A stretch of DNA of 48,818 nucleotides from Syntrophobacterales bacterium GWC2_56_13 (GTDB lineage Bacteria; Desulfobacterota; Syntrophia; Syntrophales; UBA5619), in the NCBI GenBank assembly GCA_001830835.1, contig MICJ01000009.1, positions 1-48,818 on the forward strand, read 5' to 3'. The position numbers and the translations under genes were made by a program. Position 1 is the first letter of the stretch. Each line of letters opens with the position of its first letter. Positions 16,002 through 24,329 of the stretch are shown one piece after another. The notes below the pieces were generated by a model. That model was not told the origin of the DNA. It made no database searches and worked only from the letters and a program-made list of their open reading frames with translations.

Positions 16002-17828
16002 ATGGCCTACATTGCGGGCGTTGATGTTGGTAACAATACAACCGAGGTCGCCATAGCGGAGGTAAATCAACAGGGAAAGGTCAGCTTTCTTTCGAGTGCA
16101 ATTGTACGGACAGTGGGCATCAAAGGCACCATTCAAAATGCCATAGGGGTAATCTTTGCCCTCGATACGGCTCTCAAGCCCTTGGCCTTGCAGCGCAAAC
16201 ATCTTTCCCTGATTCTTCTCAATGAAGCTACTCCGGTCATCGGTGATGTGGCTATGGAGACGATCACCGAAACAATCATCACCGAATCGGCCATGATCGG
16301 TCATAACCCTTCAACTCCTGGCGGCCAAGGTTTAGGGGTGGGAACGACCATCGCCTTAGATTCTTTGGCATCGGCAGTCCGAGGTCAGAAATGGATACTC
16401 GTCATGCCCGAAACAGTGGATTTTCGGGAAGCGGCTGCCCGCATCAATGAATTCATGGCGGAAGGCAAAGAGATTGTCGGAGCAATTATCCGGAATGACG
16501 ACGGCGTGCTCATTCACAATCGCTTACTCCGCCCCATCCCCATCGTTGACGAGGTGGAACACATTGATCGTGTCCCATTGGGAATGCCGGCGGCGGTGGA
16601 GGTAGCGCCCCCCGGGAGAACCATCGAAAAGCTCTCCAATCCCTATGACATTGCCACCATATTCAATCTGGACTCCGAAGAAACCCGTCGGATTGTTCCC
16701 GTAGCGCGAGCTCTTATGGGCATCCGTAGCGCCGTCGTCATCAAGACCCCAAAGGGAGATATTCAGGAGCGACGGATTCCCGCAGGAAAGCTTGTCCTCA
16801 TTGGCAAGAACCAGAAGGCCCAGGTGCAGGTTGAGGAGGGGGCCGAGGCCATCATGGCACGCACGGAAGAGATTTCCCCTCTTGTGGAAATCCAGGCGGA
16901 ACCGGGCACTAATGTGGGGGGAATGTTTGAACAGGTAAGAAAGGTCATGGCTGAACTGACGGATCAGCCGGTCCAACAGATCTCGGTACGCGATATCCTT
17001 GCGGTGGATACTTTTAAACCCCAGAGGGTTCTGGGGGCCTTGGCAGGCGAATACACATTGGGAAATGCGGTCGGGCTAGCCGCCATGGTGGAAACGCACA
17101 AGCTCCCCATGCAGCGCCTGGCGAGTAAGATTGAGGACGAGATCCTTGTTTCTTGTGCCGTCGGCGGAGTTGAAGCAGAGATGGCTGTCCGTGGAGCTTT
17201 AACCACTCCCGGAACCAGCCCCCCCTTGGCCATCCTGGATCTTGGGGGAGGGTCCACGGATGCCGCGTTAATCTCGGAAGATGGAATGATTCAAAGCATT
17301 CACCTGGCTGGCGCGGGCGAGATGGTCACCTTGCTAATAGACACGGAATTGGGTCTTGAAGACAAAGAACTCTCAGAAGACATCAAGCGCTACCCTCTGG
17401 CAAGAGTGGAGAGCCTTTTACACATACGACATGAAGACGGTTCCGTGCAATTCTTTGAAAAGGCGCTGGACCCAAAATTCTTCGGGCGGCTGGCCATCGT
17501 CACCGATACCGGGCTCCTACCTCTCGACGCCAAGGTCACTCTGGAACAGGTTATCGCCGTTCGCCGGCAGGCTAAACGCAAGGTTTTTGTCAGCAATGCC
17601 CTCCGCGCATTAAAAAGAGTGGCCCCAGCGGGAAACATCCGGCTGATACACTTCGTGGTTCTGGTGGGAGGTTCAGCATTAGATTTTGAAATACCCAAAA
17701 TGGTTACGGATGCGCTCAGCGAATACGGGGTTGTAACCGGCAGAGCGAATGTTCGAGGCACAGAAGGCCCGCGTAACGCCGTGGCCACGGGTCTCATCCT
17801 TGCCCATGAGGAAAAGAGGGCAGCATGA
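16002..17828 (+). CDS. pduG: Diol dehydratase reactivase large subunit
   Basis: MAYIAGVDVGNNTTEVA parallels PduG MRYIAGIDIGNSSTEVA. Other matches are NEATPVIGDVAMETITETIITES, RNDDGVL, LSNPYDIAT and EGPRNAVATGLIL. An alternative start is ATG 15987. Confidence 0.9.
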   Translation: MAYIAGVDVGNNTTEVAIAEVNQQGKVSFLSSAIVRTVGIKGTIQNAIGVIFALDTALKPLALQRKHLSLILLNEATPVIGDVAMETITETIITESAMIGHNPSTPGGQGLGVGTTIALDSLASAVRGQKWILVMPETVDFREAAARINEFMAEGKEIVGAIIRNDDGVLIHNRLLRPIPIVDEVEHIDRVPLGMPAAVEVAPPGRTIEKLSNPYDIATIFNLDSEETRRIVPVARALMGIRSAVVIKTPKGDIQERRIPAGKLVLIGKNQKAQVQVEEGAEAIMARTEEISPLVEIQAEPGTNVGGMFEQVRKVMAELTDQPVQQISVRDILAVDTFKPQRVLGALAGEYTLGNAVGLAAMVETHKLPMQRLASKIEDEILVSCAVGGVEAEMAVRGALTTPGTSPPLAILDLGGGSTDAALISEDGMIQSIHLAGAGEMVTLLIDTELGLEDKELSEDIKRYPLARVESLLHIRHEDGSVQFFEKALDPKFFGRLAIVTDTGLLPLDAKVTLEQVIAVRRQAKRKVFVSNALRALKRVAPAGNIRLIHFVVLVGGSALDFEIPKMVTDALSEYGVVTGRANVRGTEGPRNAVATGLILAHEEKRAA

Positions 17829-18328
17829 ACCGGCATCCCGCAGTATGGATATTTAAGGCCCGCTCTGTTTTGACCGATTCCTTTCAACCTGTACTCTGGG
17901 GTCTGGAAGAAGAAGGAATCCCGTTCGAAATCCGCGAAGTGAGCAACGGGCCGATTGTAGACCTTGCTAAGCAGGCTGCCGATGGTTCGCCTCTCAATGT
18001 AGGTATCGGTATAGGTGGAAGTGGTGAGGTTATTCTTCATCACCATGATTTACCGAGCGAGACTCCATTGTTTTCTCTTACAACCAAAACCCGGCAGCCC
18101 GTCCGTTTGCGTCACCTGGGAATGAATGCCGCCCGCTTGGTCAAAGGGCAACCCCTCGTCTTTGGCAGTGACGGGGCCTCTCTTGCCGGCGTTGATAATT
18201 CTCTAAGGAATCCTCAAGATGAATCGGAGGAGCTGATCAATCTGATACTTGATGAGATACTGAAGGGTTATGCTGATTTATCGAACGACGATTGTGCGAT
18301 CCGAAAATGTCAGAGTGGGGAGTTATAA
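17825..18328 (+). CDS. pduH: Diol dehydratase reactivase small subunit with a C-terminal extension of about 45 aa
   Basis: LWGLEEEGIPFEIR, SPLNVGIGI, PLFSL and NAARLVKGQPL match PduH/DdrB. There is a 4-nt overlap with pduG. Confidence 0.8.
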   Translation: MNRHPAVWIFKARSVLTDSFQPVLWGLEEEGIPFEIREVSNGPIVDLAKQAADGSPLNVGIGIGGSGEVILHHHDLPSETPLFSLTTKTRQPVRLRHLGMNAARLVKGQPLVFGSDGASLAGVDNSLRNPQDESEELINLILDEILKGYADLSNDDCAIRKCQSGEL

Positions 18329-18359
18329 GATCCGCGGTTGTGGAAAGAGGGGATGAACG

Positions 18360-18872
18360 ATGAAAAACAATAGCCTCGGATTGATCGAAACCTGGGGATT
18401 TGTGCCAGCAATCGTTGCTGCAGACGCAGCGAGCAAGGCTGCCTTGGTTTCTCTGCGTGGTTATGAGCTGGCAAGGGCAGGTCTGGTTACAATAAAAGTG
18501 GTCGGTGCTGTGGCTGCAGTCAAAGCGGCGGTTTCAGCAGGGGCAGCAGCGGCAGAAAAGGTTGGCAAGGTGAGTTCTGTGCATGTGATTCCGAGACCAG
18601 ATCGCCAACTGCGGATCAGCCAGCCTGGTCCCAAAGGTCCGGAGAAAACGCAGGAGACAGCGCCACCTTCTGCTCCGCTACCCCTGGAAGAAAGCTTGGC
18701 AGAACCGCCCAAGATCATTGAAGAGGGAGGAACTTCTCGGGTTCCTGTCCCGCCGACAGAATTGCCCGACCATAGAGGTCCCGAAAAGCAAGACGGGAGA
18801 AGCCCAAAAGCTCGGAAACACGCAAGGCCTCAAAAATACAAGCTCAAAGGTCGGGGGAAAAGCGAACCTTAA
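18360..18872 (+). CDS. pduK: BMC-H shell protein with a long Pro-rich, strongly basic C-terminal tail (PduK-like architecture)
   Basis: The BMC domain is LGLIETWGFVPAIVAADAASKAA...VHVIPRP. The tail of about 85 aa is ...PPSAPLPLEE...RSPKARKHARPQKYKLKGRGKSEP and contains no Cys. Confidence 0.8.
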   Translation: MKNNSLGLIETWGFVPAIVAADAASKAALVSLRGYELARAGLVTIKVVGAVAAVKAAVSAGAAAAEKVGKVSSVHVIPRPDRQLRISQPGPKGPEKTQETAPPSAPLPLEESLAEPPKIIEEGGTSRVPVPPTELPDHRGPEKQDGRSPKARKHARPQKYKLKGRGKSEP

Positions 18873-18984
18873 ATCTCCTGAATGATGAGAGATTAATGAC
18901 CCGGGGAGGTTTCACTCCCTCACGATGACAGGCGCTTTTGGACTATAAGTCAGTTTACTAAATGAACACAGAAAGGATGTTGTT

Positions 18985-19602
18985 ATGGCGGAGCTCCGTG
19001 CGTATGTCTATTTAGATCGACTTCAACCTCAATTCGCTGCTTACCTTGGGGCCAATGCGCGGGGTTATATCCCCGTGGTCGGCATGGCCTCCATTCTCGT
19101 AGAAATTGCTCCGGGAGTGATCATCAACCAATTAACGGATGCAGCTCTCAAAGCCGCGAACGTTCGCCCTGGTCTCATGGTGGTGGAACGTCATTTTGGA
19201 GTACTCGAGTTTCACTCCAAGGCGCAAGCAGACGTCAAACAAGCGGGCCATGCAGTGCTCACGTCTCTTGGGATGACGGTGGAGGACCGAGTCAAACCGC
19301 AGATTCTTAGTTCTCAAATCATTCATAAAGTCAACGACTATCATGCTCAAATGGTGAACGTCACTCGACTGTGTTCTATGCTCCTGCCGGGACAGGATCT
19401 CTATATTCTCGAGGTCGTACCCGCCGGGTACATCACCCTGGCTGCCAACGAAGCAGAGAAAAACGCCCTGATCACCCTGGTTGACTGCAGATCATATGGC
19501 GCCGTGGGCCGGCTGTACATCGGCGGTAAGGAATCCGATGTCGCCCGTGCCGCGAAAGCCGCGGAAACCTCTATTCTCAATCTCACGGGAAAAGCATCTT
19601 GA
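18985..19602 (+). CDS. Tandem-BMC-domain shell protein of the CcmP/CsoS1D (BMC-T, double-stacking) type
   Basis: MAELRAYVYLDRLQPQFAAYLG..., VERHFGVLEFH, RVKPQILSSQIIHKV, LYILEVVPAGYITLAANEAEKNALI and YGAVGRLYIGG closely parallel remembered Synechococcus CcmP ([23 protein letters not shown]...). Confidence 0.75.
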   Translation: MAELRAYVYLDRLQPQFAAYLGANARGYIPVVGMASILVEIAPGVIINQLTDAALKAANVRPGLMVVERHFGVLEFHSKAQADVKQAGHAVLTSLGMTVEDRVKPQILSSQIIHKVNDYHAQMVNVTRLCSMLLPGQDLYILEVVPAGYITLAANEAEKNALITLVDCRSYGAVGRLYIGGKESDVARAAKAAETSILNLTGKAS

Positions 19603-19626
19603 TTTGAGCGGAATGGAGATAATTTG

Positions 19627-20487
19627 ATGATCAAAGATTCAGCCAATCAACTCTTATTAGCCTTTGAGTCTTCTCTGGTGCTCAATGGGAACGGACATCG
19701 CTGCGAACCTTTGTTTGCCGGTGTGGACCTGGGGACGGCCTATACCGTTACTGCAGTTGTCGACGCCGCCGGCGCCCCCGTTGCGGGAGCATTGACTCGT
19801 AGCCGATCCAGCGTAAGAGATGGGTTGGTCTTAGATTACGTAAGCGCCATTGGCATTGTTCGTCAACAGGTAAAACTGCTCCACGAAGCCGGCTTCCACA
19901 TTACATCTGCAGCAGCGGCTTATCCTCCCGGCACTACGGGACGAAACGCTCAGACGTTTGCCAACGTGCTGGCGGCTGCGGGTTTACAGGTATCCGGACT
20001 GATCGACGAACCGACTGCGGCTTCTCTCGTACTGGAGATTGCGGATGGAGCGGTGGTGGATATTGGCGGCGGCACCACAGGTATTTCCGTGATTCGGAAT
20101 GGGGAGGTGGTTTACACGGCTGATGAAGCCACCGGCGGGATCCACGTTGACCTTGTGATCGCCGGACACTATAAAATCAGCACCGATGAAGCGGAAAGAA
20201 TGAAGACTGATTCCCAGCAGCAATCAACCCTCTTTCCCCTGGTACGACCAGTGTTCCAAAAAATGGCCAGCATCGTGCGCCATCATTTGCAGCAACACCC
20301 GGTAGTCTCTCTTTATCTGGTCGGCGGTACGAGTTGTTTCCCGGGAATCGAACAGGTGATGGAAATGGAGACAGGCCTCTCTGTGGAAAGACCGGTTACC
20401 CCTCTGTTGGTCACTCCTTTGGGCATTGCGTTGAGTTGCCTGAAAACCGAGAGGAAAGAATCAGGCCGGATGGGAAAAACCCGATGA
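19627..20487 (+). CDS. eutJ: EutJ-like actin/Hsp70-fold ATPase (putative chaperone)
   Basis: GVDLGTAYTV, GLIDEPTAAS, VVDIGGGTTGISV, ADEATGGIHVD and LVGGTSCFPG. Confidence 0.85.
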   Translation: MIKDSANQLLLAFESSLVLNGNGHRCEPLFAGVDLGTAYTVTAVVDAAGAPVAGALTRSRSSVRDGLVLDYVSAIGIVRQQVKLLHEAGFHITSAAAAYPPGTTGRNAQTFANVLAAAGLQVSGLIDEPTAASLVLEIADGAVVDIGGGTTGISVIRNGEVVYTADEATGGIHVDLVIAGHYKISTDEAERMKTDSQQQSTLFPLVRPVFQKMASIVRHHLQQHPVVSLYLVGGTSCFPGIEQVMEMETGLSVERPVTPLLVTPLGIALSCLKTERKESGRMGKTR

Positions 20488-21302
20488 TCCAAGAAGAACA
20501 GATCCGGGATATCATCGTGAAGGTCATTCACAGACTGGCCCAGCGCCTGGGTGCGCTCGGCGACAAAGGCGAGCTTATGGTTGTCTTCACTGCCGCCACG
20601 GTGGGGTTTCGCGAGGCCGTCCAGCAAGTCCGCGATCTCATTTTGGATGGATTTCAGGTCCGGCTGGCTTTTTCTCCGGCGGCGGAGCGCCTCATCTCCT
20701 CGGGGATTAAGCAGCAATTGGATGGTTTTCCCCATGTGAGCATGGTTGAACCTGCGACATGGCTGTCTTTCTTGAAGGACGCCCGTGCTGTTGTGGTACC
20801 GTTGCTTAGCCTCAACACGCTTTCAAAGTTATCCATGTTGATCGCGGATAACACGGCTACGAATATCATCCTGCATGCGCTCCTCATGGGGAAACCCGTG
20901 GTTGTGGCCCGAAATGGTGCAGATCCCAGTGATAAGGGAAGGGTGGAACTCGGGTTCCATAAAGGAAAAGCGGCACTGAAGCAGGCCATAGCGCAGCGCC
21001 TGCAAACGGTAGAGGACTATGGCTGCATCTCAACCGATATACGACAACTTAGAAACACCGTGAAATTTATGCTGATTAGTGAAGAAGCCCCAGACGTTAA
21101 ACAACGGGAGATCACATCTGCCTCTCCTGTGCCAACTCTTAGCATTTCTAAACGGTTCGTAACCGCCAATGAGGTGCTTCATGCGTGGCGAAGAGGAGCG
21201 AATCTGAACGTCGGATATGCATCCGGAATGACTCCCTTGGCTCAGGACTTGGCCAGACGGTATGGGGTTGTCCTCACGACAGATAACGACGGAGCTAGCT
21301 AA
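20484..21302 (+). CDS. pduM: PduM-like BMC-associated protein (extended form, 272 aa) with a flavoprotein-fold-like middle region
   Basis: The N-terminal MIQEEQIRDIIVKVIHRL resembles PduM MNGELLQRIVEEVVSRL. LLSLNTLSKLSMLIADNTATNIILHALLMGKPVVVA resembles PduM LLQADLPLLEQIAEGCADNMSVVTIHEALACGIRVKI. The C-terminal FVTANEVLHA...MTPLAQDLARRYGVVL resembles the PduM C-terminus. The start overlaps the eutJ stop (ATGA). Confidence 0.55.
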   Translation: MIQEEQIRDIIVKVIHRLAQRLGALGDKGELMVVFTAATVGFREAVQQVRDLILDGFQVRLAFSPAAERLISSGIKQQLDGFPHVSMVEPATWLSFLKDARAVVVPLLSLNTLSKLSMLIADNTATNIILHALLMGKPVVVARNGADPSDKGRVELGFHKGKAALKQAIAQRLQTVEDYGCISTDIRQLRNTVKFMLISEEAPDVKQREITSASPVPTLSISKRFVTANEVLHAWRRGANLNVGYASGMTPLAQDLARRYGVVLTTDNDGAS

Positions 21303-21321
21303 CATAGAAAGGGTACTTATA

Positions 21322-21600
21322 ATGCTGATTGCTAAAGTGATCGGGACTCTCGTCGCCACACGCAAACACGAACGCCTCGTGGGAAGCAAGATACAAATTG
21401 TTCAGCCTCTGGATCATGAAGGGTTGGTCCCTAAGGGTGATCCTTTCGTGGCCGTGGATGCTGTTGGGGCCGGCGTCGGCGAGCGCGTCATCTTGGTAAG
21501 GGGAAGTGGCGCCCGTAAAGCTGTAGATGACGATCAGTGTCCGGTGGATGCTACGATCATTGGCATCATTGATCGCATTGACATTGAAGAAGTCAACTGA
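21322..21600 (+). CDS. pduN: BMC-P pentameric vertex protein (PduN/EutN/CcmL family)
   Basis: MLIAKVIGTLVATRKHERLVGSKIQIVQPL...AVDAVGAGVGERVILVRGSGAR...DATIIGIID. Confidence 0.9.
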   Translation: MLIAKVIGTLVATRKHERLVGSKIQIVQPLDHEGLVPKGDPFVAVDAVGAGVGERVILVRGSGARKAVDDDQCPVDATIIGIIDRIDIEEVN

Positions 21601-21618
21601 CGGTGAAGCTGACTACTG

Positions 21619-22212
21619 ATGGCTGAAGTCTTGCGAAAAATCTACACCCGTTTCGGCGACCGAGGGCAGACGAAACTCTTGAGCGGAGAGACTGTCGAAA
21701 AGGACGACCTCCGTGTGAACACGTATGGGGCGCTCGATGAACTCCAATCTCACCTCGGAATGGCTCGAAGCCTTATTCAGGAAGAATCTGTGCGATCTAT
21801 CCTTCGTGCTATTCAAAAAGATCTATTTATGGCTGGTGCGGAGTTGGCTTCGACGCCGGAGCGGATTTCTCAACTTGGAAATCGCATCACCACAAAGGAT
21901 GTGAACAAGCTGGAGGACTGGATTGATCAGATGACTGACTGGTTCGGCATGCCCGACGGTTTTATCATTCCAGGTGATTGTCCGGAAAGCGCTGCGCTCC
22001 ATCTAACTCGCTCCGTGTGCCGCCGGATCGAGCGTCTGATCGTAAGCCTCAATCGCAGCACCGGAACATACGAGGAATTGATCGTTTATATCAATCGATT
22101 AAGTGACCTGCTCTTCGTTCTGGCATGGTCAACGGCAGTCGCAGTTGCCATTAAAAAAGTTTTGGATGAGTTGATGGCTGTTTCGAGATCGCCAGCCAAA
22201 GGAAGGCATTGA
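21619..22212 (+). CDS. pduO: PduO-type ATP:cob(I)alamin adenosyltransferase (stand-alone ATR domain)
   Basis: KIYTRFGDRGQTKLLSGETVEKDDLRVNTYGALDELQSHLG..., LHLTRSVCRRIER and YINRLSDLLFVLA. Confidence 0.9.
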   Translation: MAEVLRKIYTRFGDRGQTKLLSGETVEKDDLRVNTYGALDELQSHLGMARSLIQEESVRSILRAIQKDLFMAGAELASTPERISQLGNRITTKDVNKLEDWIDQMTDWFGMPDGFIIPGDCPESAALHLTRSVCRRIERLIVSLNRSTGTYEELIVYINRLSDLLFVLAWSTAVAVAIKKVLDELMAVSRSPAKGRH

Positions 22213-22215
22213 CCC

Positions 22216-22797
22216 GTGAAGCTTCCCTTTCCTTTATCGCGCATATTGGCTTCCCTTGCAGAAAGCGCCGCCGCGGATATGGGACTTGCCATGGCCGTAG
22301 CCATCGTGGACCACGAAGGCCTCTTGCAGTACTTTGCGCGCATGGAGGGCGCCTTGCCGGCAAGCACGGAAATCGCCATTTCCAAAGCTTATACAGCGGC
22401 AGCTTTGCGCATGTCGACCCGCGAAGTGGGACAAATGGCGCTCCCAGGTCATCCACTTTACGGGATTCAACATACTCATGCCGGAAAGATCGTCCTCTTT
22501 GGTGGCGGCTTCCCCCTGAAGTTGCGAGGACAAGTGGCGGGTGGGATTGGAATCAGCGGTGGAAGCGTCGAAGAAGATGAGCGGGTAGCATGGGCGGTAC
22601 TGGATACCCTTGGTGAAGTGGAATGTCTGGCGGAATCGATCAAGCCCCTTCTTCGAGGGAAACCTCTGGGGACAAACTGGATGTCCTACCTGGAAAGATG
22701 TCTGGAGAAGGCTTTTCTCAAAGAAGGTTGTTTGATCACTCATGAATTTATTTCCATTCTTGCTGCGGCTTTTATCATAGCTTCTGATGACCATTAG
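22216..22797 (+). CDS. GlcG/HbpS-like DUF336 protein (equivalent of the PduO C-terminal domain) with a C-terminal extension of about 55 aa
   Basis: GTG start 3 nt after the pduO stop. MAVAIVDHEGLLQYFARMEGA, AISKAYTAAALRMST and GGIGISGGSVEEDERVA. Confidence 0.8.
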   Translation: MKLPFPLSRILASLAESAAADMGLAMAVAIVDHEGLLQYFARMEGALPASTEIAISKAYTAAALRMSTREVGQMALPGHPLYGIQHTHAGKIVLFGGGFPLKLRGQVAGGIGISGGSVEEDERVAWAVLDTLGEVECLAESIKPLLRGKPLGTNWMSYLERCLEKAFLKEGCLITHEFISILAAAFIIASDDH

Positions 22798-22925
22798 TTG
22801 ATGTCTATCGACAGTTCGTATTAGGAATGGGACAATGATGAGGATAGAGGGGGGAAAGAAAAGCGCTTTGCGGATAAAGGTCCGGCCCTATCGGTCAGTG
22901 GCTTTAAAATTGTGTGAAAGGAGGC

Positions 22926-24329
22926 ATGGCAGTGGAAACCAACCACGAACTCATCTTAACTGTGGTCAAAAAAGTATTGTCGGAAATGATCGAGGAGAAG
23001 ATCGTCCAGGCCGAAGGTCCCACAGGTATTTTTGAGACTGTTGATCAAGCGGTGGAAAATGCCGTTGCAGCGCAAAAGAGACTGTTAGCGCTGCCTTTGC
23101 GCCATCGGGATAAAATCATCGCTGCTATCCGGCAGGCCGCTTTGGATCATAATGAAACGATTTCTGCTTTAGCGGTGAAAGAATCAGGACTTGGTCGCTA
23201 TGAGGACAAGCTCCGGGAAAATATCCTATGCGCCACCAAAACCCCGGGTACTGAAGACATCGAACCTCGCGCTTACAGCGGAGATGACGGTCTGACCTTG
23301 ATCGAATATGCTCCTCGTGGGGTTATCGGGTCATTGACTCCTATTACCAACCCCACCGGTACAGTCATCAATAACGCCATCAGCATGGTGGCGGCCGGTA
23401 ACGCTGTGGTTTTTAACCCTCACCCCACTGCACGCGAGACCAGTATTAAGACCATTCGAATCCTTCACGAAGCCATTGTTCGCGCGGGAGGTCCTCCGGG
23501 TTTGATATCATCCGTGCCGAAGCCCGATCTTACTACAGCCAAACAACTCATCGAACACCCCAAAATCAACATGTTGGTGGCTACAGGAGGTCGGCCCGTA
23601 GTCGATGTCGTCCTTCGTTCAGGCAAGAAGGCCATCGGAGCCGGCGCTGGAAATCCTCCGGTACTGGTGGATGAAACCGCCAACATCCGCAGGGCCGCCG
23701 CTTCCATCATTGACGGTGCGAGCATCAACAACAACATCTTTTGTACCTGCGAAAAAGAAGTGATTGTGGTCAGCGCGGTTGCTGATGCACTGATCAGCTT
23801 TATGATGGAGACGGGAAAGGCCTATCTGTTGACGCCGGCGCAGGCTGAGCAGGTAATCAAGCTTATCGTAACGCCGGAGGGGAAGATCAACACGGCCTAC
23901 ATCGGCAAGGACGTACAGGTGATCTTAAAGGAAATCGGGATTAACGTGGGAGAAGAGTGCCGATTGGCCATTTTTGAAGCCGAAAAAAACCACCCGCTCG
24001 TTTGGTTGGAACAAATGATGCCTGTTATGCCGATCGTACGCGTCAGAGACGTCAGTGAGGGGATTGATTTTGCCGTACAGGTGGAACAGGGGAATCGTCA
24101 TACAGCCATTATGCACTCGAATCATGTAGAACACATGACCGCATTTGCGCGGGCGGTGCAAACAACCATTTTTGTAAAAAATGGACCTTCCTATGCAGGT
24201 ATCGGTCTCGGAGGGGAGGGACATACCTCTTTTACAATTGCAGGGCCAACGGGAGAAGGATTGACTTCGGCCAGAACTTTCACTCGGATCCGGCGCTGTA
24301 CGTTGGTTGACGCGTTTCGCATTATCTAA
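22926..24329 (+). CDS. pduP: CoA-acylating aldehyde dehydrogenase with an N-terminal encapsulation peptide
   Basis: N-terminal ETNHELILTVVKKVLSEMIEE. The core includes TNPTGTVINNAISMVAAGNAVVFNPHP, GAGAGNPPVLVDETA, the CTCEKE catalytic Cys region, FVKNGPSYAGIG and TFTRIRRC. The exact start is uncertain: GTG 22914, ATG 22926 or GTG 22932. The SD GGAGG ends at 22924. Confidence 0.9.
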   Translation: MAVETNHELILTVVKKVLSEMIEEKIVQAEGPTGIFETVDQAVENAVAAQKRLLALPLRHRDKIIAAIRQAALDHNETISALAVKESGLGRYEDKLRENILCATKTPGTEDIEPRAYSGDDGLTLIEYAPRGVIGSLTPITNPTGTVINNAISMVAAGNAVVFNPHPTARETSIKTIRILHEAIVRAGGPPGLISSVPKPDLTTAKQLIEHPKINMLVATGGRPVVDVVLRSGKKAIGAGAGNPPVLVDETANIRRAAASIIDGASINNNIFCTCEKEVIVVSAVADALISFMMETGKAYLLTPAQAEQVIKLIVTPEGKINTAYIGKDVQVILKEIGINVGEECRLAIFEAEKNHPLVWLEQMMPVMPIVRVRDVSEGIDFAVQVEQGNRHTAIMHSNHVEHMTAFARAVQTTIFVKNGPSYAGIGLGGEGHTSFTIAGPTGEGLTSARTFTRIRRCTLVDAFRII

